Source: Macrostomum lignano (lineage: Eukaryota). Taken from it: a stretch of 64,000 nt of DNA. Below, one piece after another: positions 50,076-64,000 of the stretch. A program made the translations under genes and the position numbers. Location: contig NIVC01001059.1 in NCBI GenBank assembly GCA_002269645.1, positions 305,370-369,369 of the forward strand, read 5' to 3'. The notes below the pieces were generated by a model. That model was not told the DNA's origin. It ran no database searches and saw nothing but the letters and a program-made list of their open reading frames with translations. Numbering within the stretch: the stretch's first letter is position 1; each line of letters starts with the position of its first letter.

Positions 50076-51169
50076 TTGCTGTCATGCTATATGTCCACTT
50101 TGTAATTTGAATAATTGGTGCATGTAAAATAATAACATTGCAGATGCACTGTTAAGAACGTATAATAGCATATTTTAGTGGCCCTGCTGGTCTGCGATTC
50201 GTGCAGTACAAATGCACCAGAAACAATCCCAACCCAACTATAAAGCTTGAAGGGGGGTGCACGCAGCCCAATGACTGAACACGCCATCAATTACTAGCTG
50301 CAGACAGCACCTCCCCCGGCCACACTGTCTGGCTACAGAATAGATAGACTCTGCGTTCGGCGTACGCTGCGGCCCGGGCACGGAGTCCAACGTCGCGCTC
50401 TTCGCGCTAGGGTGGCCACGTCATCCTGACGTGGAGAGTCGGAGAGTCGGAGAATCGCTGCGCCGCGAGAGCCGTTACACGACCTGCTGTTGTGGACGGC
50501 GCAGGATCCGCGGAGACGAGACCATAGGGCGAACGATGCGCTACACCGAGCTTCTTATGAGGGATGCGAGAGCCCGCCGCTCTGACTGCAGGGGCCCGGT
50601 GGGAAAGCAATAGTGGGCCCAGGGCGGGCCGCTAGCGATTGCTGCTAGACAAGCGACTTTTCATTTTTTTGGTTATAACCTTTTTTTACAACAAAAGAAT
50701 CAAATCATTGACGTGGTTCTGCATACATGTAGTTCTTCTCAAACCTTTTAGTGGGCTCAGTAAAATGGTTTTCGAAAGAATAAATCAAGTAGCAAATGAG
50801 TGGCATGCCGCCCCTTTAGCTATATTTGGGTGGCATTATCGCCTACCACTAGCGGGCCACAATGGCGGGCCGCTAGCATTTCGTGGCGCAACCCGCCAGT
50901 GGTCCACCCATGATGCCGACAGCGACAACGCTGGTGGGCCGCCAACTTTTTTCCCACCAGGGGGAGCTGAATTTTGAGATGTGCGGCCCACAGGCGTGTT
51001 CTGACACCTCTCCCTCTGTGGATGCGAGGTGTATTTTGTTGTTGTTATGAATACGTGTAATATTGCAAATAATCACACCACTTCTAACAATTCAACTTTG
51101 GCCTCGCCCCATTCCATGTGCGAGTCGCTAAAATATAAAAAAATCTTTTTTTAACATGTAAAATGTCAA

Positions 51170-53870
51170 AACATTTCAGAAGTTTTTAATTTCTAACTTA
51201 GAGCACAACAACAAACTACAGCAACCCTGGGCAAGCCAAATTGGGTTGCTGTCAAATGGCGCGCGCAAGCGCAGATTTGCGCAGAACAGCGAGTCCGCGG
51301 GGTCGGAGATTTCAGCGTCTCTTAAAATCAGGTCGACGAAACGCAGACTACTCGCCTGACCAAGCCGCCGCGGCACGTCTTGCAGCAGCAGCAGCACGTC
51401 TTGAAGCGGCTCAGGGCAGTACTGCTCTGCCCGGATGACGTGGCCGGCCAGCTGTAGGCGCCGGATTCGCAGCAACTGGCTGGGTCGGGAGAGCTTAGCC
51501 CGTCGGTATAACTCGTCATTACTGGTGTTGGTGGTGGCGGTCGGCGAGTATTGGACACCGAAGGCGGCTCTCAGGAGTCCAGCGTGAACGGCGTCGAGTT
51601 GCCGCTCCTGCGGGCCGGTCGGTGTCAACGTTTCAGCGATCCGGCAGCGCGGGGCTCTGCAGGACAGTCCGCACGGTGCGGAATGCGCCCCAGGCAAGCG
51701 CCCTGCGCCGTGCCATGTCCTCCGTGATGCTTGGCACCAGACCACCGAGGTAGACGAACTCTTTGCAGCGGGGCAGCAACGCCACCTGCCCGTTCGTGCA
51801 GCGGCAGTAGATCTCAGCTGGGAGGTCCGTCGGCACGGTCAGCACCATTGTCTTTTTTGGTATTCACGGACAGTCCGATCGCAGCGGCCGCCGCCGTCCG
51901 CTGGTCTAGCAGGCGTTGAGCTCCTTCAGCTGTGCTAGACAGCAGCGCTAGATCGTCCGCGTACGCTAGGACGGAGAGTCGCTTCTCGGGGTGCCGCTTG
52001 CTTGTTCTGCGGCAGAGCAAGAATCCTTTGGAGTCGTCAGGGAAGCCAGTGCGCAGTACCCAATCCAGGACCAGGACTAATAGAAAAGGAGCCAGGGTGT
52101 CCCCTTGGAGAACGCCGGAAGACGTGTCAAAGAAGTCGGAAAGGCCATCCGGTGTCACAACTGCCGCCCTAGTCTCCTGTCTCCCTGTACAGAGCTAACA
52201 CAGCCGTCACCAGCTGCTCGGGTACGTGATACGCGCGCAGGATGTTCGCGATGACCCGCCTCGACACCGAGTCAAAGGCCTTCAGGAAGTCTACGAAGAT
52301 GCAGATGATGGTCGACTGATGAACCTGGGTCACCCACCAGGTTCAGAGCGTTGCGTCTCTAGCGGCCTGTCAGCTGATTGACGACCGACCAGACGACACG
52401 CGGTTTCTTCTCGGGACCGGCGTCCGTGATCTCCTGAATAGCGGTCTCTACCGCGGCGCGTTGCCGGGCTTTAAATGTCTCCGCTAGAGTCTCCTCTTCC
52501 TTCTCCGCGGGCTGTCCGCTCCTCCGCAGTCTCTCCACTGTCAGCTGGGCCTGCCACAGCACTTCGTCGTTCTGCCACACTGGCCGACTCCTTTCTGCTG
52601 GCTTCACCAGCGGTAGAGTTTTCGTAGGGGCGGCGGCTTGGATGGCGGTACTGTGGCTGGGGTTGTTGTATCCGGCCGTTCTTCAAGCGCCTCGGCAGAC
52701 AGAAGCGGCCACTTGTAACCGGGTCGCGTAGGGCGCGGAAGTAGCGTTTTGGCTGTTTTTTCGGTGGTCGATATAGCGGGTCCTTCAGGTGCAGGTCGCA
52801 GTAGAGCAGCCTATGGTCTGACCGCACTGCCAACGGAGCCACCGTATCGCAGTTAGTCACTCGTCGTCGTTCTTGCTGGCGAAGCAGCACGTGGTCGTGC
52901 TGTGCGAGTCTCTTCCTATCAAATTTTCCAGACGCTTTCCGACGTGGCCGCTTACAGCCAGCAAATGTTGCCAATCTGTGAAGCGGCTTCCTGAACAGCG
53001 TGTTTGCTGAGACCAGGTCATGGAGGTCCATGAAATCCACTAGGGCATTAGTATTGTTGTTTTCGCGTGGCGTTACAAAGCAAGCGCGCTCGGACCTTCG
53101 CATGACCGCGTTGAGGTCTCCGAGTACCAGTACAGTGTCGCGTTGAGCGGTCTTCTCCAGCTGCGCAGACAGGAACTCCAAAAACTGTCAGTGCTCCTCA
53201 GGGCGTGCAGCCGTGGGCGCATAGGCACAGAAGAGCCGCATGTTACGCTTGCGGAGTCGGATGTCGACGCGCAGAAGCCGCGGCGAGAGGCTTCTCAAAG
53301 CGTGTACTTTGCTGAAGCCTCGGCCCGGTTAGAACGCCAATTCCTCCCAGACCTTTCGAGTCTGCTGATGTGTAATGCAGCAGCCAGCCACCGCCTACTA
53401 GGTGCTCCTTGTGAAGCCCAGGTTCGGCCGTGATGGAGAGCTCCTGCAGCATAATTATATCAAGTTGTAGGTCACCTGCAAGCTGGGCCAAAAGATGTTG
53501 TCTCCACTTTGCTCGCAAAGTTCGGCAGTTCCAGGTAGCAATTCTGAGCTGTTGCTGTGCGCATTTTGGTTCGGCTGGGGTCCGGTGATTTTGAACCTCA
53601 CGGTCCCTGGCGCCACCCAAGCGGATCTGCACCACCAGTTGGCAGGGCCGGCTGCCTGTGGCTCGTCGCTCGCGTCCCCGAAGTCGGCCACGGCGATTTC
53701 GCTCACGGCGGCGCCGTTCTTTGCGTCGACGCTCACTTCAGCGGCCCCGCCGAGTGGATGGTGTACCGCTCTTGGCAGCCGCAGCAGAAGCGCGGCTCTC
53801 CGTTGAGGCCTTGGAACGCACCGCTAGCATGCTTGACGGCGGCACCAGGAGGCGGTGGCACTATTTAAAG
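51170..53870 (-). mobile_element. Decayed RTE-type LINE (APE endonuclease plus RT)
   Basis: Endonuclease: LRIATWNCRTL, IMLQE, LGDLNA, RSDHRLL. RT: GVLQGDTLAPFL, LAYADDLAL, FVYLG, then RLQLAGHVIR. Multiple frameshifts. Confidence 0.88.
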
Positions 53871-54959
53871 GCTCAGCGTTTAAATATTTATACTATATTT
53901 ATAATTCTATCTTAGTATTGACAAGAAGTTAAAGAACTAGCAAGTATAAAACACAGAGGGATATACGTGCTATAAAGTTGTAATTATTGAATTGGAATAG
54001 CCAAGAAAAAAGTGAAAAATCGTGCAAAGTGAGGCTGTTAAGGCAGTCAAAATTCAACAAAGTTAAATAGTTATAAATTACTGCTTTTTGTTTGGGAAAA
54101 TCGGAAGTGATTCTGGTTCTGGAATCGCGCGGTAATATGAAAGGCTAGTTGAAAAACGGCATGCGTGAACCATGTAATTTACGAGCGTACTTACTTGTAA
54201 TTCCAAGAAACAAGTTCCCACTACGGTTCACTAATTATCTTACTAGCCAGAGGCCAGAGGCTAGGTCTAGGATAGGTCTAATTCTACTTTTTTTGCTCTG
54301 TTACTCCAAGAGGATGATGTCTATATAGTCTATATGTGGTGTAGATTTACTAGTCAATTTATCTATTATAGAGATAGGCCTAGGCTAATATAAAGCAATT
54401 TTGTGCTCATGTACTACAGAACATAATAAGCTATAAGCAATAAGCATTAAACTGCATATGGTGGCTGTGGGTAGAAAATGCATCTATTCTACAATTTCAA
54501 GGTTGTAAATTGTTTGACTTGCTCTGCATTGCCTATAACTATAGGCCTAATGACATCATCAAAAAATTGAACGTCTATACTCCCAGTACCAGAACCAGTA
54601 CCAGAACCAGTACCAAAAAATAAAATACAAAATACAAGTAAAAAAACGAAAAATAACCTACAAAAATGTCTAAAATAGTAAAAAATCAACTCTAGCAATT
54701 ATTATAACCGTTAACACAGCGTTCAACATATTTCGTTTCAGCGAATTACATTACAGCATAACTTAATGCCTATTAAAATACTTATTTAAAAACTAAAAGT
54801 AAAACACCGAAATTTAACATTCTAGCTGAAAAACCTTAAAACAAATATATATAAAACTAAAAAAACCTATCAACAATTGGTGATGCCATAGATACAATAT
54901 AAATATACCAAAAAACTGTACATGTAATATGTTCAATTCCTGTAATTTTTCACCAAAAT

Positions 54960-57900
54960 TACTTTAGTGTACTTCGGCAGGAACCATTGTGAGTACGAAG
55001 CTGAAAACTGAGATCTGGAAGGAAACATTATCAATCTAGAAGCCTACAAGACGCCAAGGCTCCATCTGTTCCCTACTCGAACTTACAGACTCCCAAGTCC
55101 CCCTGCTCAGTACACTCAGCTGCAGAAAGTACTTTAGTGTACTTCGGCAGGAACCATTGTGAGTACGAAGCTGAAAACTGAGATCTGGAAGGAAACATTA
55201 TCAATCTAGAAGCCTACAAGACGCCAAGGCTCCATCTGTTCCCTACTCGAACTTACAGACTCCCAAGTCCCCCTGCTCAGTACATTAATATGCAGAAAGT
55301 ACTTTAGTGTACTTCGACAAGAACCATTGTGAGTACGAAGCTGAAAACTGAGATCTGGAAGGAAACATTATCAATCTAGAAGCCTACAAGACGCCAAGGC
55401 TCCATCTGTTCCCTACTCGAACTTACAGACTCCCAAGTCCCCCTGCTCAGTACATTAATATTCAGAAAGTACTTTAGTGTACTTCAGCAGGAACCATTGT
55501 GAGTACGAAGCTGAAAACTGAGATCTGGAAGGAAACATTATCAATCTAGAAGCCTACAAGACGCCAAGGCTCCATCTGTTCCCTACTCGAACTTACAGAC
55601 TCCCAAGTCCCCCCTGCTCAGTACATTAATATGCAGAAAGTACTTTAGTGTACTTCGACAAGAACCATTGTGAGTACGAAGCTGAAAACTGAGATCTGGA
55701 AGGAAACATTATCAATCTAGAAGCCTACAAGACGCCAAGGCTCCATCTGTTCCCTACTCGAACTTACAGACTCCCAAGTCCCCCTGCTCAGTACATTAAT
55801 ATGCAGAAAGTACTTTAGTGTACTTCGACAAGAACCATTGTGAGTACGAAGCTGAAAACTGAGATCTGGAAGGAAACATTATCAATCTAGAAGCCTACAA
55901 GACGCCAAGGCTCCATCTGTTCCCTACTCGAACTTACAGACTCCCAAGTCCCCCCTGCTCAGTACATTAATATTCAGAAAGTACTTTAGTGTACTTCGAC
56001 AAGAACCATTGTGAGTACGAAGCTGAAAACTGAGATCTGGAAGGAAACATTATCAATCTAGAAGCCTACAAGACGCCAAGGCTCCATCTGTTCCCTACTC
56101 GAACTTACAGACTCCCAAGTCCCCCCTGCTCAGTACATTAATATGCAGAAAGTACTTTAGTGTACTTCGGCAGGAACCATTGTGAGTACGAAGCTGAAAA
56201 CTGAGATCTGGAAGGAAACATTATCAATCTAGAAGCCTACAAGACGCCAAGGCTCCATCTGTTCCCTACTCGAACTTACAGACTCCCAAGTCCCCCCTGC
56301 TCAGTACATTAATATGCAGAAAGTACTTTAGTGTACTTCGGCAGGAACCATTGTGAGTACGAAGCTGAAAACTGAGATCTGGAAGGAAACATTATCAATC
56401 TAGAAGCCTACAAGACGCCAAGGCTCCATCTGTTCCCTACTCGAACTTACAGACTCCCAAGTCCCCCCTGCTCAGTACATTAATATTCAGAAAGTACTTT
56501 AGTGTACTTCAGCAGGAACCATTGTGAGTACGAAGCTGAAAACTGAGATCTGGAAGGAAACATTATCAATCTAGAAGCCTACAAGACGCCAAGGCTCCAT
56601 CTGTTCCCTACTCGAACTTACAGACTCCCAAGTCCCCCCTGCTCAGTACATTAATATGCAGAAAGTACTTTAGTGTACTTCGACAAGAACCATTGTGAGT
56701 ACGAAGCTGAAAACTGAGATCTGGAAGGAAACATTATCAATCTAGAAGCCTACAAGACGCCAAGGCTCCATCTGTTCCCTACTCGAACTTACAGACTCCC
56801 AAGTCCCCCCTGCTCAGTACATTAATATGCAGAAAGTACTTTAGTGTACTTCGACAAGAACCATTGTGAGTACGAAGCTGAAAACTGAGATCTGGAAGGA
56901 AACATTATCAATCTAGAAGCCTACAAGACGCCAAGGCTCCATCTGTTCCCTACTCGAACTTACAGACTCCCAAGTCCCCCCTGCTCAGTACACTCAGCTG
57001 CAGAAAGTACTTTAGTGTACTTCGACAAGAACCATTGTGAGTACGAAGCTGAAAACTGAGATCTGGAAGGAAACATTATCAATCTAGAAGCCTACAAGAC
57101 GCCAAGGCTCCATCTGTTCCCTACTCGAACTTACAGACTCCCAAGTCCCCCCTGCTCAGTACATTAATATGCAGAAAGTACTTTAGTGTACTTCGCAGGA
57201 ACCATTGTGAGTACGAAGCTGAAAACTGAGATCTGGAAGGAAACATTATCAATCTAGAAGCCTACAAGACGCCAAGGCTCCATCTGTTCCCTACTCGAAC
57301 TTACAGACTCCCAAGTCCCCCCTGCTCAGTACATTAATATGCAGAAAGTACTTTAGTGTACTTCGACAAGAACCATTGTGAGTACGAAGCTGAAAACTGA
57401 GATCTGGAAGGAAACATTATCAATCTAGAAGCCTACAAGACGCCAAGGCTCCATCTGTTCCCTACTCGAACTTACAGACTCCCAAGTCCCCCCTGCTCAG
57501 TACACTCAGCTGCAGAAAGTACTTTAGTGTACTTCGACAGGAACCATTGTGAGTACGAAGCTGAAAACTGAGATCTGGAAGGAAACATTATCAATCTAGA
57601 AGCCTACAAGACGCCAAGGCTCCATCTGTTCCCTACTCGAACTTACAGACTCCCAAGTCCCCCCTGCTCAGTACACTCAGCTGCAGAAAGTACTTTAGTG
57701 TACTTCGGCAGGAACCATTGTGAGTACGAAGCTGAAAACTGAGATCTGGAAGGAAACATTATCAATCTAGAAGCCTACAAGACGCCAAGGCTCCATCTGT
57801 TCCCTACTCGAACTTACAGACTCCCAAGTCCCCCCTGCTCAGTACACTCAGCTGCAGAAAGTACTTTAGTGTACTTCGCAGGAACCATTGTGAGTACGAA

Positions 57901-60900
57901 GCTGAAAACTGAGATCTGGAAGGAAACATTATCAATCTAGAAGCCTACAAGACGCCAAGGCTCCATCTGTTCCCTACTCGAACTTACAGACTCCCAAGTC
58001 CCCCCTGCTCAGTACATTAATATGCAGAAAGTACTTTAGTGTACTTCGACAAGAACCATTGTGAGTACGAAGCTGAAAACTGAGATCTGGAAGGAAACAT
58101 TATCAATCTAGAAGCCTACAAGACGCCAAGGCTCCATCTGTTCCCTACTCGAACTTACAGACTCCCAAGTCCCCCCTGCTCAGTACATTAATATGCAGAA
58201 AGTACTTTAGTGTACTTCGACAAGAACCATTGTGAGTACGAAGCTGAAAACTGAGATCTGGAAGGAAACATTATCAATCTAGAAGCCTACAAGACGCCAA
58301 GGCTCCATCTGTTCCCTACTCGAACTTACAGACTCCCAAGTCCCCCTGCTCAGTACACTCAGCTGCAGAAAGTACTTTAGTGTACTTCGCAGGAACCATT
58401 GTGAGTACGAAGCTGAAAACTGAGATCTGGAAGGAAACATTATCAATCTAGAAGCCTACAAGACGCCAAGGCTCCATCTGTTCCCTACTCGAACTTACAG
58501 ACTCCCAAGTCCCCCCTGCTCAGTACACTCAGCTGCAGAAAGTACTTTAGTGTACTTCGACAAGAACCATTGTGAGTACGAAGCTGAAAACTGAGATCTG
58601 GAAGGAAACATTATCAATCTAGAAGCCTACAAGACGCCAAGGCTCCATCTGTTCCCTACTCGAACTTACAGACTCCCAAGTCCCCCCTGCTCAGTACATT
58701 AATATGCAGAAAGTACTTTAGTGTACTTCGCAGGAACCATTGTGAGTACGAAGCTGAAAACTGAGATCTGGAAGGAAACATTATCAATCTAGAAGCCTAC
58801 AAGACGCCAAGGCTCCATCTGTTCCCTACTCGAACTTACAGACTCCCAAGTCCCCCCTGCTCAGTACATTAATATGCAGAAAGTACTTTAGTGTACTTCG
58901 ACAAGAACCATTGTGAGTACGAAGCTGAAAACTGAGATCTGGAAGGAAACATTATCAATCTAGAAGCCTACAAGACGCCAAGGCTCCATCTGTTCCCTAC
59001 TCGAACTTACAGACTCCCAAGTCCCCCCTGCTCAGTACATTAATATGCAGAAAGTACTTTAGTGTACTTCGACAAGAACCATTGTGAGTACGAAGCTGAA
59101 AACTGAGATCTGGAAGGAAACATTATCAATCTAGAAGCCTACAAGACGCCAAGGCTCCATCTGTTCCCTACTCGAACTTACAGACTCCCAAGTCCCCCCT
59201 GCTCAGTACACTCAGCTGCAGAAAGTACTTTAGTGTACTTCGACAGGAACCATTGTGAGTACGAAGCTGAAAACTGAGATCTGGAAGGAAACATTATCAA
59301 TCTAGAAGCCTACAAGACGCCAAGGCTCCATCTGTTCCCTACTCGAACTTACAGACTCCCAAGTCCCCCCTGCTCAGTACATATGCAGAAAGTACTTTAG
59401 TGTACTTCGACAAGAACCATTGTGAGTACGAAGCTGAAAACTGAGATCTGGAAGGAAACATTATCAATCTAGAAGCCTACAAGACGCCAAGGCTCCATCT
59501 GTTCCCTACTCGAACTTACAGACTCCCAAGTCCCCCTGCTCAGTACATTAATATGCAGAAAGTACTTTAGTGTACTTCGCAGGAACCATTGTGAGTACGA
59601 AGCTGAAAACTGAGATCTGGAAGGAAACATTATCAATCTAGAAGCCTACAAGACGCCAAGGCTCCATCTGTTCCCTACTCGAACTTACAGACTCCCAAGT
59701 CCCCCCTGCTCAGTACATTAATATGCAGAAAGTACTTTAGTGTACTTCGACAAGAACCATTGTGAGTACGAAGCTGAAAACTGAGATCTGGAAGGAAACA
59801 TTATCAATCTAGAAGCCTACAAGACGCCAAGGCTCCATCTGTTCCCTACTCGAACTTACAGACTCCCAAGTCCCCCTGCTCAGTACATTAATATGCAGAA
59901 AGTACTTTAGTGTACTTCGACAAGAACCATTGTGAGTACGAAGCTGAAAACTGAGATCTGGAAGGAAACATTATCAATCTAGAAGCCTACAAGACGCCAA
60001 GGCTCCATCTGTTCCCTACTCGAACTTACAGACTCCCAAGTCCCCCCTGCTCAGTACATTAATATGCAGAAAGTACTTTAGTGTACTTCGACAAGAACCA
60101 TTGTGAGTACGAAGCTGAAAACTGAGATCTGGAAGGAAACATTATCAATCTAGAAGCCTACAAGACGCCAAGGCTCCATCTGTTCCCTACTCGAACTTAC
60201 AGACTCCCAAGTCCCCCCTGCTCAGTACATATGCAGAAAGTACTTTAGTGTACTTCGACAGAACCATTGTGAGTACGAAGCTGAAAACTGAGATCTGGAA
60301 GGAAACATTATCAATCTAGAAGCCTACAAGACGCCAAGGCTCCATCTGTTCCCTACTCGAACTTACAGACTCCCAAGTCCCCCCTGCTCAGTACATATGC
60401 AGAAAGTACTTTAGTGTACTTCGGCAGAACCATTGTGAGTACGAAGCTGAAAACTGAGATCTGGAAGGAAACATTATCAATCTAGAAGCCTACAAGACGC
60501 CAAGGCTCCATCTGTTCCCTACTCGAACTTACAGACTCCCAAGTCCCCCCTGCTCAGTACATTAATATGCAGAAAGTACTTTAGTGTACTTCGACAAGAA
60601 CCATTGTGAGTACGAAGCTGAAAACTGAGATCTGGAAGGAAACATTATCAATCTAGAAGCCTACAAGACGCCAAGGCTCCATCTGTTCCCTACTCGAACT
60701 TACAGACTCCCAAGTCCCCCCTGCTCAGTACATTAATATGCAGAAAGTACTTTAGTGTACTTCGACAGGAACCATTGTGAGTACGAAGCTGAAAACTGAG
60801 ATCTGGAAGGAAACATTATCAATCTAGAAGCCTACAAGACGCCAAGGCTCCATCTGTTCCCTACTCGAACTTACAGACTCCCAAGTCCCCCCTGCTCAGT

Positions 60901-63900
60901 ACATTAATATGCAGAAAGTACTTTAGTGTACTTCGACAAGAACCATTGTGAGTACGAAGCTGAAAACTGAGATCTGGAAGGAAACATTATCAATCTAGAA
61001 GCCTACAAGACGCCAAGGCTCCATCTGTTCCCTACTCGAACTTACAGACTCCCAAGTCCCCCTGCTCAGTACATTAATATGCAGAAAGTACTTTAGTGTA
61101 CTTCGACAAGAACCATTGTGAGTACGAAGCTGAAAACTGAGATCTGGAAGGAAACATTATCAATCTAGAAGCCTACAAGACGCCAAGGCTCCATCTGTTC
61201 CCTACTCGAACTTACAGACTCCCAAGTCCCCCCTGCTCAGTACATATGCAGAAAGTACTTTAGTGTACTTCGACAAGAACCATTGTGAGTACGAAGCTGA
61301 AAACTGAGATCTGGAAGGAAACATTATCAATCTAGAAGCCTACAAGACGCCAAGGCTCCATCTGTTCCCTACTCGAACTTACAGACTCCCAAGTCCCCCT
61401 GCTCAGTACATTAATATGCAGAAAGTACTTTAGTGTACTTCGACAGGAACCATTGTGAGTACGAAGCTGAAAACTGAGATCTGGAAGGAAACATTATCAA
61501 TCTAGAAGCCTACAAGACGCCAAGGCTCCATCTGTTCCCTACTCGAACTTACAGACTCCCAAGTCCCCCTGCTCAGTACATTAATATGCAGAAAGTACTT
61601 TAGTGTACTTCGACAGAACCATTGTGAGTACGAAGCTGAAAACTGAGATCTGGAAGGAAACATTATCAATCTAGAAGCCTACAAGACGCCAAGGCTCCAT
61701 CTGTTCCCTACTCGAACTTACAGACTCCCAAGTCCCCCCTGCTCAGTACATTAATATGCAGAAAGTACTTTAGTGTACTTCGACAGAACCATTGTGAGTA
61801 CGAAGCTGAAAACTGAGATCTGGAAGGAAACATTATCAATCTAGAAGCCTACAAGACGCCAAGGCTCCATCTGTTCCCTACTCGAACTTACAGACTCCCA
61901 AGTCCCCCCTGCTCAGTACATTAATATGCAGAAAGTACTTTAGTGTACTTCGACAAGAACCATTGTGAGTACGAAGCTGAAAACTGAGATCTGGAAGGAA
62001 ACATTATCAATCTAGAAGCCTACAAGACGCCAAGGCTCCATCTGTTCCCTACTCGAACTTACAGACTCCCAAGTCCCCCCTGCTCAGTACATTAATATGC
62101 AGAAAGTACTTTAGTGTACTTCGACAGAACCATTGTGAGTACGAAGCTGAAAACTGAGATCTGGAAGGAAACATTATCAATCTAGAAGCCTACAAGACGC
62201 CAAGGCTCCATCTGTTCCCTACTCGAACTTACAGACTCCCAAGTCCCCCTGCTCAGTACATTAATGCAGAAAGTACTTTAGTGTACTTCGACAGAACCAT
62301 TGTGAGTACGAAGCTGAAAACTGAGATCTGGAAGGAAACATTATCAATCTAGAAGCCTACAAGACGCCAAGGCTCCATCTGTTCCCTACTCGAACTTACA
62401 GACTCCCAAGTCCCCCCTGCTCAGTACATTAATATGCAGAAAGTACTTTAGTGTACTTCGACAGGAACCATTGTGAGTACGAAGCTGAAAACTGAGATCT
62501 GGAAGGAAACATTATCAATCTAGAAGCCTACAAGACGCCAAGGCTCCATCTGTTCCCTACTCGAACTTACAGACTCCCAAGTCCCCCTGCTCAGTACATT
62601 AATATGCAGAAAGTACTTTAGTGTACTTCGACAAGAACCTTGTGAGTACGAATCTGAGAAAGGAAACCTACAAGACGCCAAGGCTCCATCTGTTCCCTAC
62701 TCGAACTTACAGACTCCCAAGTCCCCCTGCTCAGTACATTAATGCAGAAAGTACTTTAGTGTACTTCGACAGAACCATTGTGAGTACGAAGCTGAAAACT
62801 GAGATCTGGAAGGAAACATTATCAATCTAGAAGCCTACAAGACGCCAAGGCTCCATCTGTTCCTACTCGAACTTACAGACTCCCAAGTCCCCCTGCTCAG
62901 TACATTAATATGCAGAAAGTACTTTAGTGTACTTCGACAAGAACCATTGTGAGTACGAAGCTGAAAACTGAGATCTGGAAGGAAACATTATCAATCTAGA
63001 AGCCTACAAGACGCCAAGGCTCCATCTGTTCCCTACTCGAACTTACAGACTCCCAAGTCCCCCTGCTCAGTACATTAGCAGAAAGTACTTTAGTGTACTT
63101 CGACAGAACCATTGTGAGTACGAAGCTGAAAACTGAGATCTGGAAGGAAACATTATCAATCTAGAAGCCTACAAGACGCCAAGGCTCCATCTGTTCCCTA
63201 CTCGAACTTACAGACTCCCAAGTCCCCCCTGCTCAGTACATTAATATGCAGAAAGTACTTTAGTGTACTTCGACAAGAACCATTGTGAGTACGAAGCTGA
63301 AAACTGAGATCTGGAAGGAAACATTATCAATCTAGAAGCCTACAAGACGCCAAGGCTCCATCTGTTCCCTACTCGAACTTACAGACTCCCAAGTCCCCCC
63401 TGCTCAGTACATTAATATGCAGAAAGTACTTTAGTGTACTTCGACAAGAACCATTGTGAGTACGAAGCTGAAAACTGAGATCTGGAAGGAAACATTATCA
63501 ATCTAGAAGCCTACAAGACGCCAAGGCTCCATCTGTTCCCTACTCGAACTTACAGACTCCCAAGTCCCCCTGCTCAGTACATTAATATGCAGAAAGTACT
63601 TTAGTGTACTTCGACAGGAACCATTGTGAGTACGAAGCTGAAAACTGAGATCTGGAAGGAAACATTATCAATCTAGAAGCCTACAAGACGCCAAGGCTCC
63701 ATCTGTTCCCTACTCGAACTTACAGACTCCAAGTCCCCCCTGCTCAGTACACTATGCAGAAAGTACTTTAGTGTACTTCGACAAGAACCATTGTGAGTAC
63801 GAAGCTGAAAACTGAGATCTGGAAGGAAACATTATCAATCTAGAAGCCTACAAGACGCCAAGGCTCCATCTGTTCCCTACTCGAACTTACAGACTCCCAA

Positions 63901-64000
63901 GTCCCCCCTGCTCAGTACATTAATATGCAGAAAGTACTTTAGTGTACTTCGACAGGAACCATTGTGAGTACGAAGCTGAAAACTGAGATCTGGAAGGAAA
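54960..64000. repeat. Satellite DNA, 170-171-bp monomer, ~53 copies, continuing past the window end
   Basis: Monomer AAAGTACTTTAGTGTACTTCGACAAGAACCATTGTGAGTACGAAGCTGAAAACTGAGATCTGGAAGG...CCCCCTGCTCAGTACATTAATATGCAG. Spacing read at 54961, 55131, 55301, 55471, 55642. No sustained ORF. Confidence 0.98.

Noticed and set aside
54960-64000. CRISPR-like array (constant core plus variable segment)
   Set aside because: The variable parts are point or indel variants of one sequence, not unique spacers. The unit is 170-171 bp, there are no cas genes, and the context is eukaryotic.
54960-64000. Homology to primate alpha satellite, or an SL/5S/snRNA gene array
   Set aside because: Only the length (171 bp) matches alpha satellite. 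No CENP-B box, Pol III boxes or recognisable structural RNA were seen. The ORF at 62621 arises from a deleted monomer.

Overview
Eukaryotic (animal) genomic DNA. GC-rich exons separated by minisatellite-filled introns suggest a flatworm such as Macrostomum; this is an inference, not verified. The window has three zones. (1) 1-22.5 kb: two intron-containing minus-strand genes in tandem. One is a bacterial-type PLP-dependent Orn/Lys/Arg decarboxylase with an N-terminal wing domain, split by three GT-AG introns (692 aa reconstructed; strong horizontal-transfer candidate). The other is a KANK-family gene (KN motif plus ankyrin repeats, at least 7 coding exons). Most of their larger introns carry a different minisatellite. 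(2) 22.5-54 kb: nested mobile elements. These are several MITEs (two with 8-bp TSDs), a rearranged THAP/P-element-type transposase, a decayed Gypsy pol, and an APE/RT LINE with a 2A-like motif and two PHD fingers. That LINE is interrupted by a 3.5-kb mini-Polinton/Maverick (6-bp TSD, TIRs, integrase, PLA2-like gene, penton-like fragment). The zone also holds a ~1,320-aa ORF of tandem LRAT-like modules disrupted by a 5'-truncated LOA/R1-type LINE (7-bp TSD), a tRNA-derived SINE and a decayed RTE-type LINE. (3) 54.96-64 kb: a homogeneous 170-171-bp satellite array (~53 copies) running off the window end. All exon junctions, TSDs and empty-site reconstructions were read by hand. No database searches were run.
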